In this document: positions 17,098-27,563 of the stretch, one piece after another | How positions within the stretch are numbered: position 1 is the stretch's first letter | Layout of the letters: each line of letters starts with the position of its first letter | Notes under the pieces: model-generated | The model's input: only the letters and a program-made list of their open reading frames with translations | Databases searched by the model: none | What the model was told of the DNA's origin: nothing | Assembly (NCBI RefSeq): GCF_003019035.1 | Contig: NZ_CP027447.1 | Origin: Escherichia coli | GTDB taxonomy: Bacteria > Pseudomonadota > Gammaproteobacteria > Enterobacterales > Enterobacteriaceae | Length of the DNA stretch: 64,000 nucleotides | Strand: one strand, 5' to 3' | Position numbers and translations under genes: made by a program

Positions 17098-17562
17098 TCA
17101 TCTCAAATGATGCACCACCTGATTGCTGCTGCCGCGCCAGATCAGGGAAGGGTCTTTTAAATCCTGCATAAATTTGCCGTCGACCAGCACGTTAATCAAA
17201 TCAACAACCTGCATTTGCGCAGCGTTGAGTTCGTCGAGTTTATAGCCTGTCCACACCCAGATGTCTTTACCCGGACATTCGGCGCGGATGCGTTGTACCA
17301 GTTTCAGAATATCCGGCACGTTTTGCGGATGCAGCGGATCGCCGCCGGAGAGGGAAATCCCCTGGCGTTTGATACGAGTGTCATTCAGATCGTTAATGAT
17401 CTGGTCTTCCATTGCTTTGGTAAATGGCTGACCGGAATTTACCCGCCATGTGCTTTTGTTATAGCAACCGGGGCATTCATGAACACACCCGGAGACAAAC
17501 AGGGTGCAGCGAGTGCCGGGGCCGTTGACGATGTCGACAGGATAGTACTGATGATAATTCAT
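17098..17562 (-). CDS. nrdG: Anaerobic ribonucleotide reductase activating protein (radical SAM)
   Basis: CxxxCxxC radical-SAM cysteine motif (CVHECPGC); downstream of nrdD. Confidence 0.92.
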   Translation of the reverse strand: MNYHQYYPVDIVNGPGTRCTLFVSGCVHECPGCYNKSTWRVNSGQPFTKAMEDQIINDLNDTRIKRQGISLSGGDPLHPQNVPDILKLVQRIRAECPGKDIWVWTGYKLDELNAAQMQVVDLINVLVDGKFMQDLKDPSLIWRGSSNQVVHHLR

Positions 17563-17574
17563 TATTTCGCCTGG

Positions 17575-17700
<126 letters not shown>

Positions 17701-17719
17701 GCTTAACGCAGAGTGAAGA

Positions 17720-19858
17720 TTAACCTATCTGCCCATTCCCCAAATGTTTAACGCGGCGCTTAACTTCTTCCTGCTTACCAGCGTTAAACGGACGCGCATC
17801 CGGGCTACCTAAATATCCGCACACGCGGCGAGTCACCGACACACGGGAGGCGTCATGGTTACCACATTTCGGGCAGGTGAAGCCTTTACTGGTGCACTCA
17901 AACTCACCGGTAAAACCACACTCGTAACACTCATCAATCGGCGTATTGGTGCCGTAATACGGTACATGCTGATAGCTGTAATCCCAGACATCTTCCAGCG
18001 CCTTCAGGTTGTGCTGAATGTTTGGATATTCGCCGTAGCAAATGAAACCACCGTTCGCCAGCGGCGGGTAAGGCGCTTCAAAGTCGATCTTGTCGTACGG
18101 GTTCACCTTCTTCTCCACATCGAGGTGGAAACTGTTGGTGTAGTAACCTTTATCGGTCACGCCCGGCACCACGCCAAACTCAGCGGTATCGAGACGGCAG
18201 AAGCGGTCGCACAGGTTCTCACTCGGCGTACTGTAGAGGCTGAAACCGTAGCCAGTTTCTTCTTTCCACTGATCCACCGCCTGACGCAGACGCTCAACAA
18301 TCGCAATACCTTTCGCGCGCAGCTGCTCGTTGTCGTAAACATGCTCGCCGCCGAACAGCGCGTTAATGGTTTCGTGGATGCCGATGTAACCCAGCGAAAT
18401 AGACGCACGACCGTTTTTGAAGATTTCAGAAACATCATCGTCAGCATTGAGACGCACGCCACAAGCACCTTCCATATAGAGGATCGGGGCCACGCGCGCT
18501 TTCACGCCTTCGAGGCGAGCGATACGGGTCATCAGTGCCTTACGTGCCAGCACCAGACGTTCATCCAGCAGCTTCCAGAAGGTGGCTTCATCGCCTTTTG
18601 CTTCCAGAGCAATACGCGGCAGGTTCAGGCTGATCACGCCGAGGTTGTTACGACCATCGTGGATCTGCTCGCCGTTTTCATTTTCCCACACGCCGAGGAA
18701 GCTGCGGCAGCCCATCGGGGTTTTAAACGAACCGGTGACTTTCACTACCTGATCGTAGTTCAGGATATCCGGATACATGCGCTTGCTTGCGCACTCCAGC
18801 GCCAGCTGTTTGATGTCGTAGTTCGGATCGCCTTTTTTATGGTTCAGGCCATCGCGAATCGCAAACACCAGTTTCGGGAACACCGCAGTTTTACGGTTTT
18901 TACCGAGGCCTGCGATACGGTTACGCAGGATCGATTCCTGAATCAGGCGCGATTCCCAGCTGGTGCCCAGACCAAAACCAAAGGTTACAAACGGCGTTTG
19001 ACCGTTGGCGGTATGCAGGGTGTTTACTTCGTACTCCAGCGACTGGAAGGCATCGTAGCACTCTTTGATGGTACGAGAGTTAGCGTAGCCTTCGGCGTCC
19101 GGGATGTTCCACTCTTCCGCGGTCTTGCGATGTTTGTTGTAGCTGGCGGTGACAAACGGTGCCAGCACTTCATCGATACGGTTAATGGTGGTGCCGCCAT
19201 AAATATGGCTGGCGACCTGAGCAATAATCTGCGCAGTTACCGCGGTTGCCGTAGAGATCGACTTCGGCGGTTCAATCTCGGCGTTCCCCATTTTAAAGCC
19301 CTGGGTCAGCATGCCTTTCAGGTCGATCAACATGCAGTTGAACATCGGGAAGAACGGCGAGTAATCGAGATCGTGATAGTGAATATCGCCACGCTCATGT
19401 GCCTGCACCACGTCACGCGGCAGCAGGTGCTGGCGTGCATAGTGTTTAGCCACGATCCCGGCCAGCAGGTCGCGCTGGGTTGGAATCACCTTGCTGTCTT
19501 TGTTGGCGTTTTCGTTGAGTAACGAGGAGTTGGTCTGCTCGACCAGACCACGGATCTCCTGGTTCAGGCGACCGCGTTTTTCACGTTCAATGTCGCGATC
19601 GTGACGGTACTCGATGTAGGCACGAGCCAGTTGTTTGTATGGCCCCGACATCAGCTGGTTTTCAACTGCGGTCTGGATCTCATTGATATCCACCTGGTTG
19701 CGGCCCTGCATCTGCTCGCTGACAACCGCAGCAACAGTGGCGCAATAATCGGCATCATCGACTTCCGCTGCTTTAGCTGCACGCAGAATCGCTTCTTTGA
19801 TGCGCTCTGATTTAAACGGCACTTTGCAGCCGTCTCGTTTCATCACATGCGGTGTCAT
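17720..19858 (-). CDS. nrdD: Anaerobic ribonucleoside-triphosphate reductase, 712 aa
   Basis: C-terminal glycyl-radical motif (RVCGYLG) and Zn-ribbon cysteines; size matches NrdD. Confidence 0.93.
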   Translation of the reverse strand: MTPHVMKRDGCKVPFKSERIKEAILRAAKAAEVDDADYCATVAAVVSEQMQGRNQVDINEIQTAVENQLMSGPYKQLARAYIEYRHDRDIEREKRGRLNQEIRGLVEQTNSSLLNENANKDSKVIPTQRDLLAGIVAKHYARQHLLPRDVVQAHERGDIHYHDLDYSPFFPMFNCMLIDLKGMLTQGFKMGNAEIEPPKSISTATAVTAQIIAQVASHIYGGTTINRIDEVLAPFVTASYNKHRKTAEEWNIPDAEGYANSRTIKECYDAFQSLEYEVNTLHTANGQTPFVTFGFGLGTSWESRLIQESILRNRIAGLGKNRKTAVFPKLVFAIRDGLNHKKGDPNYDIKQLALECASKRMYPDILNYDQVVKVTGSFKTPMGCRSFLGVWENENGEQIHDGRNNLGVISLNLPRIALEAKGDEATFWKLLDERLVLARKALMTRIARLEGVKARVAPILYMEGACGVRLNADDDVSEIFKNGRASISLGYIGIHETINALFGGEHVYDNEQLRAKGIAIVERLRQAVDQWKEETGYGFSLYSTPSENLCDRFCRLDTAEFGVVPGVTDKGYYTNSFHLDVEKKVNPYDKIDFEAPYPPLANGGFICYGEYPNIQHNLKALEDVWDYSYQHVPYYGTNTPIDECYECGFTGEFECTSKGFTCPKCGNHDASRVSVTRRVCGYLGSPDARPFNAGKQEEVKRRVKHLGNGQIG

Positions 19859-20251
19859 GATCGCTCCATATTTTTAAGAACAGGTTATCCACAGAAATTG
19901 GGAAAGACGTTTTCCGGTTTTTTCGTTTCGTTTTCCGGTGCTTTCCGCAATCGCCATCCGCTTATCCACAACGCCGCACCTTTTTCGTGGGGAGCTGTAG
20001 TAGCAATTATAGTCGATTAATACAACATATTGGGTTGGGACGCATTTTAAAGTCTATATATAGTGCTTTGCATCAAGGATGTTTGAACTTTTTTTGATGT
20101 AGCTCAAAGTAAAAAGCAGAGCGTACGGATGACGGGCGCTACAGCGATATGTAAATTTTTTAATGAATTTTTTGATTATAAAATCAACAAAAACAACATG
20201 CTGACAGGCAAAACCCCGGAATGACAGGCATTACCGGGGCTTAGCGAAGAT

Positions 20252-21907
20252 TTACTTCTGTAACCACCAGACAGCCTCAAAAGGCCGTAAAGTCATGGCA
20301 CAGGGTTGTGGTGAGGCTTCTTCGTAGTTATGCATCACAAGCTGCCAGTTGCCGCGCATTTTCCCTGGCTGCCAGGGTTGGGTCTCACGGCTAAGGTTGG
20401 CAATGACCAGCAAGGTTTGCCCCTTCCACTCACGGCGATAGCACCACAATACAGGGCTGTTTGGCAGCAGATCCTGGTAATCGCCCCATGTCAGGACGGC
20501 TTCTTGCTTACGCAGTGCGATTAACTTTTGGTAGGTGTAAAACACCGAGGACTCATCGGCCAGCGCTGCTTCTACGTTGATTTCCTGATAGTTATCGCCC
20601 AGGCCAATCCACGGTTCGCCAGCCGTAAACCCGGCATTATCGCCGTTGGTCCATTGCATGGGTGTGCGACTGTTGTCACGGGACTTACTGGCGAGGATTG
20701 CCAATAACTCGTCGGCATCACGCCCATCGTTGCGCAGCTCGGCAAACATATTGAGGCTCTCCACGTCGCGATAGTCAGTAATGCGCGTGAAATGTGGGTT
20801 GGTCATGCCAATCTCTTCGCCCTGGTAGATATACGGCGTTCCCTGCATGCCATGCAGCACCATCGCCAGCATTTTTGCCGCAGGCACGCGGTATTCACCT
20901 TCATCACCAAAGCGAGAAACAATGCGCGGCTGATCGTGGTTACACCAGAACAAGGCATTCCATGCCACGTTGTGCATTCCTTGTTGCCAGTGGCGGAACA
21001 ATGTTTTCAACGCCACAAAGTCAGGTTTAGCCAGCGTCCATTTCTCACCACCGGGATAATCGACCTTCAGGTGATGAAAATTAAAGGTCATCGACAATTC
21101 ACTGCCTGTCAGAGCCGCGTATCGCTGGCAATGCTCAAGGCTGGTGGAGGACATTTCACCTACGGTCATTAACCCCCGTGGCGTAAACACATCGCGGTTC
21201 ATCTCGTGCAAAAACTCGTGTGCTCGTGGCCCGTCGGTGTAGAAGCGACGCCCGTCGCCATCCAGGTCATCAGGGAAACGCGGGTCTTTGGAGATCAGAT
21301 TCACCACATCCAGGCGCAACCCGTCGACCCCACGATTGGCCCAGAACTCACAGACTTTTTTCAGCTCTGCGCGTACCGCTGGATTCTCCCAGTTGAGATC
21401 CGCCTGTTCTGGTGCAAAGAGATGCAAATAGTACTGTTCGCTTTCCGCATGCCAGCGCCACGCACTACCACCGAATTTTGAACGCCAGTTGTTCGGTGGC
21501 GTTTCTGGTTCTCCATCGCGCCAGATATAAAACTGGCGGTAAGGGCTTTCTTTGTTCAGCGCCTCGCGAAACCAGGCATGTTGGGTAGAGGTATGGTTAA
21601 ACACCATATCGAGAATGATACGAATCCCACGCGATTTTGCCTGTGTCACCAGTTCGTCAAAATCGTCCAGCGTGCCATAGGTGGGATCAATCGCCGTATA
21701 ATTCGCTACGTCGTAACCGTTATCGACCTGGGGAGAGACATAAAAGGGGGTTAGCCAGATGGCATCAACGCCCAGTTTATGCAGATAGTCCAGACGCTGG
21801 ATAACGCCACGTAAATCGCCGGTGCCGCTACCCGTGGTGTCCTGAAAACTCTTTGGATAAATCTGGTAGATAACGCCGTTTTGCCACCAGTGGGGAAGAT
21901 GAGTCAT
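20252..21907 (-). CDS. treC: Trehalose-6-phosphate hydrolase, 551 aa
   Basis: GH13 alpha-glucosidase sequence starting MTHLPHWWQNGVIYQIYPKSF; ORF-track start at 22054 overlaps treB and is too long. Confidence 0.92.
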   Translation of the reverse strand: MTHLPHWWQNGVIYQIYPKSFQDTTGSGTGDLRGVIQRLDYLHKLGVDAIWLTPFYVSPQVDNGYDVANYTAIDPTYGTLDDFDELVTQAKSRGIRIILDMVFNHTSTQHAWFREALNKESPYRQFYIWRDGEPETPPNNWRSKFGGSAWRWHAESEQYYLHLFAPEQADLNWENPAVRAELKKVCEFWANRGVDGLRLDVVNLISKDPRFPDDLDGDGRRFYTDGPRAHEFLHEMNRDVFTPRGLMTVGEMSSTSLEHCQRYAALTGSELSMTFNFHHLKVDYPGGEKWTLAKPDFVALKTLFRHWQQGMHNVAWNALFWCNHDQPRIVSRFGDEGEYRVPAAKMLAMVLHGMQGTPYIYQGEEIGMTNPHFTRITDYRDVESLNMFAELRNDGRDADELLAILASKSRDNSRTPMQWTNGDNAGFTAGEPWIGLGDNYQEINVEAALADESSVFYTYQKLIALRKQEAVLTWGDYQDLLPNSPVLWCYRREWKGQTLLVIANLSRETQPWQPGKMRGNWQLVMHNYEEASPQPCAMTLRPFEAVWWLQK

Positions 21908-21956
21908 TACGTTATTCCTGCAAATGCGAGGGGGCGCAATTGCGCCCCGAAGAAAA

Positions 21957-23378
21957 TTAAACAATGTCCAGCGTGCCCAGGCGGTATTTCCGCTGATAGA
22001 TAAACGAGGTGAGTACAATCGGGATGATGATGGCGATAGCCATTGCCAGCGCAAACACCTGCCAGTAGCTCGGTTGAATCGAGAGAATTCCCGGCAGGCC
22101 GCCTACGCCGATGCCATTCGCCATAACGCCGTTCAGGCCGCATAGCAATCCTGCCAGACCAGAACCAATCATCGCGCACAGCATCGGGAAGCGATATTTC
22201 AGGTTGATGCCGTACATTGCAGGCTCAGTGACCCCAAGCCAGGCGGAGATCGCGGCAGGCACGGAGATCTCGCGTTCATTGTGCTTGCGGCTGGAAATGA
22301 TAATGCCTATCACGGCGGAGCCCTGAGCGATATTCGACAGCGCAATCAGCGGCCACACTGGCGTGCCACCCATGCTTTGAATCATCTGCAAATCAATAGC
22401 AAGCGTGGTCTGGTGTACGCCGGTGATCACCAGTGGGGCGTACAGGAAGCCAAACAATGCCGCGCCAATCGGAGCAAAGCTGCCGGTCATCAGGTGACGT
22501 ACCGCAAAGGCAACGCCATCGCCAATCATGCGACCAAACGGACCAATCAGCGCATGGGCGAGGAACACCGCGAGGATCAGCGAACAGACGGGCACCACCA
22601 CCAGATAGAGGTAATCCGGCACGATGCGCTTAAGACGAGTTTCAATAACGCCCAGCGCCAGCCCGGCTAACAGTGCCGGGATGACCTGCGCCTGATAGCC
22701 CACTTTGGCGATGCTGAACATGCCAAAGTCCCATACTTCCGGCAGCTGCTGCCCGAGCAGATAAGCGTTCATCAGCTGGGGAGAAACCAGCGTTACGCCA
22801 AGCACGATACCAAGGATCGGCGTGCCGCCCATTTTTTTCACCGCTGACCAGCAAATCCCGACCGGTAGGTAGAAGAAGATCGCTTCACCGATCAACCACA
22901 GAAAATCGTAGATCGTTTGCAGGGAAGGGTACATTTGCGCCAGCGTTTGACCGTTGCTCATGGGCAAATCGCCGATCACATTGCGAAAACCGAGGATCAA
23001 ACCGCCGCTAATCAACGCGGGCAGCAACGGGAAGAAAATCTCCGCGAAATGAGAGATCAACTGCTCATGCCATTTCATATTCTGCCGGGCGGCTTTTTTT
23101 ACCTGCTCTTTATCAACCTGCGCCTGTCCGGTTGACGCTATCAGTGCTTGATAGTAATCACCCACGTTGGTGCCAATCACCACCTGAAATTGCCCGGCAT
23201 TGGTGAAACAGCCTTTCACCATGGGGAGTTGCTCAATTTCTTTCGGTCTGGCATTGGCCGGTTGGTTGAGGACAAAGCGCAGGCGAGTAATACAGTGGCT
23301 CACCGTCGCAATATTGCCGCGCCCGCCGACCAGTTCAATCAACCGATCGATATCCGTTTGGTTTATTTTGCTCATCAT
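21957..23378 (-). CDS. treB: PTS trehalose-specific EIIBC component
   Basis: EIIB cysteine motif (CITRLR) followed by polytopic EIIC domain; treBC operon context. Confidence 0.92.
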   Translation of the reverse strand: MMSKINQTDIDRLIELVGGRGNIATVSHCITRLRFVLNQPANARPKEIEQLPMVKGCFTNAGQFQVVIGTNVGDYYQALIASTGQAQVDKEQVKKAARQNMKWHEQLISHFAEIFFPLLPALISGGLILGFRNVIGDLPMSNGQTLAQMYPSLQTIYDFLWLIGEAIFFYLPVGICWSAVKKMGGTPILGIVLGVTLVSPQLMNAYLLGQQLPEVWDFGMFSIAKVGYQAQVIPALLAGLALGVIETRLKRIVPDYLYLVVVPVCSLILAVFLAHALIGPFGRMIGDGVAFAVRHLMTGSFAPIGAALFGFLYAPLVITGVHQTTLAIDLQMIQSMGGTPVWPLIALSNIAQGSAVIGIIISSRKHNEREISVPAAISAWLGVTEPAMYGINLKYRFPMLCAMIGSGLAGLLCGLNGVMANGIGVGGLPGILSIQPSYWQVFALAMAIAIIIPIVLTSFIYQRKYRLGTLDIV

Positions 23379-23496
23379 AAAGCCCCATGGCAGATGACAT
23401 TTTTGGTTGGCTGCAGAATATATTGCGCGGAAAAATTTAAAAACGGGAACGTTCCCGAAACGCAGCGAAGATCACAATTTATCGTTCAGGAAACGA

Positions 23497-24444
23497 TCAG
23501 GACAGGGTGGCGGGGATGATGATTTGTTGCGGTTCGCTGCGCCCGGTGACCTGCGCGATCAACTGGCAGGCCGCCTGGCGTCCAGCTTCGGCGTAACCGG
23601 GATCTACGGTGACGATCTCCGGATGGAGGAATTTCATTAACGGTGTATTACCGACGCTCGCCAGTTGCAAGGTGTCGATGCGTTGCTCTTGCAGGTATTT
23701 ACTTGCGCCAAGTGCCAGCGTGTCGGTTGCGCACAGTAACGCGGTAGTTTCAGGCGTAATCACTTTTGCTACGTTCTCATAGCCTTGCTTCATAGCAAGG
23801 CCTGGCAGAGCGGCAACGGGATGCAGTTTATGCGCTTTGCAGAACGCCAGGTAGGCTTCGTGACGTCGCTTACCGGTCGTCACGTCACTATGCGGCACGC
23901 CGAGATAACTGATATTACGATGTCCCTGGTCATACAGTCGTTGCATCAGGATCTTGATTGCCCCTTCGTCGTCATAACAGACCGAAGCAAAGCCTTTTGC
24001 GTCACGCGCCAGCAGAACCAGCGATGACTGCCAGTGGGCTAACATTTCTTCTGTTATGCCGGTAAAACCGAACAGCACTACGCCGTCGATATTACGCCGT
24101 TTCAGCACCCCCAAATGTTCGGCAACTAATTGTGGGGAAAACTGACTTTCCATCATGATTGGATCGTAACCTTGTTCATAGAACGCTGGCAGCATGGTTT
24201 GAACGGCGAGATTTTCTGACAACGAATCCAGACGGGTAACAATGATGGCGACCACTTTATCGCTTTGCCCACGCATAGCGCGCGCAGAGCGGGAAGGGGA
24301 AAATCCATGCTGATTCATCACTGCTTCAACACGCTCGCGCGTGCGCTGGCTCACGCCGCTTTCGTTATTCAGCACCCGGGAAACCGTAGATTTCCCCACG
24401 CCGCTTAAGCGCGCGATGTCTTTGATGGTCAGCCGATTTTGCAT
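23497..24444 (-). CDS. treR: Trehalose operon repressor (LacI family)
   Basis: N-terminal LacI-type HTH (TIKDIARLSGVGKSTVSRVLN); adjacent to treBC. Confidence 0.92.
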   Translation of the reverse strand: MQNRLTIKDIARLSGVGKSTVSRVLNNESGVSQRTRERVEAVMNQHGFSPSRSARAMRGQSDKVVAIIVTRLDSLSENLAVQTMLPAFYEQGYDPIMMESQFSPQLVAEHLGVLKRRNIDGVVLFGFTGITEEMLAHWQSSLVLLARDAKGFASVCYDDEGAIKILMQRLYDQGHRNISYLGVPHSDVTTGKRRHEAYLAFCKAHKLHPVAALPGLAMKQGYENVAKVITPETTALLCATDTLALGASKYLQEQRIDTLQLASVGNTPLMKFLHPEIVTVDPGYAEAGRQAACQLIAQVTGRSEPQQIIIPATLS

Positions 24445-24559
24445 CCTGTTGTCCCGTAACGTGTTGTTTAATTATTTGAGCCTAACTTTACCCGTGCATT
24501 CAGCAATGGGTAAAGTCTGGTTTATCGTTGGTTTAGTTGCCAGCAGGTATTATATCGCC

Positions 24560-24822
24560 ATAGATGCTACGAATATTATTGGATTCTCCTTATTATTTGC
24601 GGCGCTTTTTTCACTTACCGGAGGTTATATGGAACCTGATCCCACGCCTCTCCCTCGACGGAGATTAAAACTTTTCCGGTAAGCCCGTCTTTTCACGGCG
24701 TTACCGGATGCGTAAGGCCGTGACGTTTTAACGTCCCTGCTCAGCTTTATTACCTTCAGGTAAGGCTTCGCCACGCCTGAAGACATTTCTGTACTGTTTC
24801 AGACAGTGCGGAGGGACTCCTT
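24560..24822 (+). promoter_or_regulatory. mgtA 5' leader (Mg2+/proline-sensing leader containing mgtL)
   Basis: Long untranslated region upstream of mgtA containing the proline-rich leader ORF mgtL; the regulatory role is established for E. coli/Salmonella mgtA. Confidence 0.65.
24629..24682 (+). CDS. mgtL: mgtA leader peptide MgtL (17 aa, [17 protein letters not shown])
   Basis: Exact proline-rich leader peptide read from the sequence, about 140 nt upstream of mgtA. Confidence 0.85.
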
Positions 24823-27519
24823 ATGTTTAAAGAAATTTTTACCCGGTTCATTCGCCATTTACCTTCCCGTCTGGTTCATCGCGATCCATTGCCTGGCGCG
24901 CAGCAGACAGTGAATACGGCGGTCCCGCCGTCCTTAAGTGCGCATTGCCTGAAAATGGCGGTGATGCCCGAAGAAGAATTGTGGAAAACGTTCGACACCC
25001 ATCCGGAAGGATTAAATCAGGCGGAAGTGGAATCTGCCCGCGAACAACATGGTGAAAATAAATTACCCGCACAACAACCGTCGCCGTGGTGGGTTCATTT
25101 ATGGGTCTGCTATCGCAACCCCTTTAATATTTTACTCACCATTCTCGGCGCTATTTCTTACGCCACGGAAGATTTATTTGCCGCGGGCGTTATCGCGCTA
25201 ATGGTCGCTATTTCTACGTTGCTGAACTTTATTCAGGAAGCACGTTCCACTAAAGCGGCAGATGCCCTGAAAGCGATGGTCAGCAATACTGCGACGGTGC
25301 TGCGCGTAATTAACGACAAAGGCGAAAATGGCTGGCTGGAGATCCCGATCGACCAGCTGGTGCCCGGCGATATTATAAAACTGGCGGCAGGGGATATGAT
25401 CCCGGCAGATTTACGTATCTTGCAGGCGCGGGATCTGTTCGTCGCTCAGGCGTCGTTAACCGGTGAGTCTCTGCCCGTGGAAAAAGCAGCTACTACTCGC
25501 CAGCCGGAGCACAGCAATCCGCTGGAGTGCGACACCCTGTGTTTTATGGGCACCACCGTGGTGAGCGGCACGGCACAAGCAATGGTGATTGCCACAGGTG
25601 CCAATACCTGGTTTGGTCAACTGGCGGGGCGTGTTAGTGAGCAGGAAAGCGAGCCGAATGCCTTTCAGCAAGGGATCAGCCGCGTCAGTATGCTGCTGAT
25701 TCGCTTTATGCTGGTGATGGCTCCGGTGGTGTTGCTTATCAACGGTTATACCAAAGGCGACTGGTGGGAAGCGGCACTGTTTGCGCTTTCGGTCGCGGTA
25801 GGCTTAACGCCAGAAATGTTGCCGATGATTGTTACCTCGACGCTGGCGCGCGGCGCAGTAAAGCTGTCGAAACAGAAAGTGATCGTCAAGCATCTGGATG
25901 CCATTCAGAACTTTGGCGCAATGGATATTCTGTGCACTGATAAAACCGGCACCCTGACGCAGGACAAAATTGTGCTGGAGAATCATACCGATATCTCCGG
26001 TAAAACCAGCGAACGCGTGCTGCATAGCGCGTGGTTGAACAGTCATTACCAGACCGGGCTTAAAAACCTGCTTGATACCGCGGTGCTCGAAGGTACGGAT
26101 GAAGAGTCAGCGCGCTCGCTGGCCAGCCGTTGGCAAAAAATTGATGAGATTCCGTTTGATTTCGAGCGTCGTCGGATGTCGGTGGTTGTGGCAGAAAATA
26201 CCGAACACCATCAGCTGGTTTGCAAAGGCGCATTGCAGGAAATCCTCAATGTGTGTTCGCAGGTGCGTCACAATGGCGAGATTGTGCCGCTCGATGACAT
26301 TATGCTGCGTAAGATTAAGCGGGTTACTGATACGCTGAATCGTCAGGGGCTGCGCGTGGTTGCGGTGGCGACGAAATACCTGCCAGCGCGTGAAGGAGAT
26401 TACCAGCGGGCGGATGAATCCGACCTGATCCTCGAAGGATATATTGCTTTCCTTGATCCGCCAAAAGAGACAACTGCTCCGGCACTGAAGGCATTAAAAG
26501 CGAGTGGCATTACCGTAAAAATCCTTACTGGCGACAGTGAGTTAGTTGCAGCGAAAGTGTGCCATGAAGTGGGGCTGGACGCGGGAGAGGTGGTCATTGG
26601 TAGTGATATTGAAACGCTATCTGACGACGAACTGGCAAATCTCGCACAGCGCACCACGCTGTTTGCCCGCCTGACGCCGATGCATAAAGAACGCATCGTA
26701 ACGTTGCTGAAGCGCGAAGGGCATGTGGTTGGCTTTATGGGCGATGGTATTAATGATGCGCCCGCCTTACGCGCTGCGGATATCGGCATTTCTGTGGACG
26801 GCGCGGTAGATATTGCCCGTGAAGCGGCTGATATCATCCTACTGGAAAAAAGCCTGATGGTGCTGGAAGAGGGGGTTATTGAGGGACGTCGCACTTTCGC
26901 CAACATGCTGAAATACATCAAAATGACGGCGAGCTCTAACTTCGGTAATGTGTTCAGCGTGCTGGTGGCGAGTGCTTTCTTGCCCTTCCTGCCGATGTTG
27001 CCGCTACACTTGCTTATTCAGAACCTGCTGTACGATGTGTCACAGGTGGCGATCCCATTTGATAACGTCGACGACGAGCAAATTCAAAAGCCGCAGCGTT
27101 GGAATCCGGCGGATCTGGGGCGCTTTATGGTCTTCTTCGGACCGATCAGCTCGATTTTCGATATTCTGACGTTTTGCCTGATGTGGTGGGTATTCCATGC
27201 CAACACGCCGGAAACGCAAACGCTGTTCCAGTCGGGCTGGTTTGTGGTGGGATTACTGTCGCAAACGCTGATTGTGCATATGATCCGCACCCGTCGTGTA
27301 CCGTTTATTCAGAGCTGTGCATCGTGGCCGTTAATGATCATGACCGTGATCGTGATGATTGTCGGGATCGCATTGCCGTTTTCACCGCTGGCCAGTTATC
27401 TGCAGCTGCAGGCGCTGCCGTTAAGCTATTTCCCGTGGCTGGTTGCGATTCTGGCAGGGTATATGACGTTAACCCAGTTGGTGAAAGGGTTCTATAGCCG
27501 TCGTTACGGTTGGCAGTAA
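24823..27519 (+). CDS. mgtA: Mg2+-importing P-type ATPase, 898 aa
   Basis: P-type ATPase motifs (DKTGTLT phosphorylation site, GDGINDAPAL hinge). Confidence 0.95.
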   Translation: MFKEIFTRFIRHLPSRLVHRDPLPGAQQTVNTAVPPSLSAHCLKMAVMPEEELWKTFDTHPEGLNQAEVESAREQHGENKLPAQQPSPWWVHLWVCYRNPFNILLTILGAISYATEDLFAAGVIALMVAISTLLNFIQEARSTKAADALKAMVSNTATVLRVINDKGENGWLEIPIDQLVPGDIIKLAAGDMIPADLRILQARDLFVAQASLTGESLPVEKAATTRQPEHSNPLECDTLCFMGTTVVSGTAQAMVIATGANTWFGQLAGRVSEQESEPNAFQQGISRVSMLLIRFMLVMAPVVLLINGYTKGDWWEAALFALSVAVGLTPEMLPMIVTSTLARGAVKLSKQKVIVKHLDAIQNFGAMDILCTDKTGTLTQDKIVLENHTDISGKTSERVLHSAWLNSHYQTGLKNLLDTAVLEGTDEESARSLASRWQKIDEIPFDFERRRMSVVVAENTEHHQLVCKGALQEILNVCSQVRHNGEIVPLDDIMLRKIKRVTDTLNRQGLRVVAVATKYLPAREGDYQRADESDLILEGYIAFLDPPKETTAPALKALKASGITVKILTGDSELVAAKVCHEVGLDAGEVVIGSDIETLSDDELANLAQRTTLFARLTPMHKERIVTLLKREGHVVGFMGDGINDAPALRAADIGISVDGAVDIAREAADIILLEKSLMVLEEGVIEGRRTFANMLKYIKMTASSNFGNVFSVLVASAFLPFLPMLPLHLLIQNLLYDVSQVAIPFDNVDDEQIQKPQRWNPADLGRFMVFFGPISSIFDILTFCLMWWVFHANTPETQTLFQSGWFVVGLLSQTLIVHMIRTRRVPFIQSCASWPLMIMTVIVMIVGIALPFSPLASYLQLQALPLSYFPWLVAILAGYMTLTQLVKGFYSRRYGWQ

Positions 27520-27563
27520 GCAAGTGATGAAGCTGGCCTGAAATACTCTTTCAGGTCAGTCTG

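Noticed and set aside
17855-19522. 555-aa ORF on the plus strand
   Set aside because: Lies entirely antisense to nrdD, whose product is recognisable on the minus strand; long antisense ORFs are common opposite highly expressed genes.
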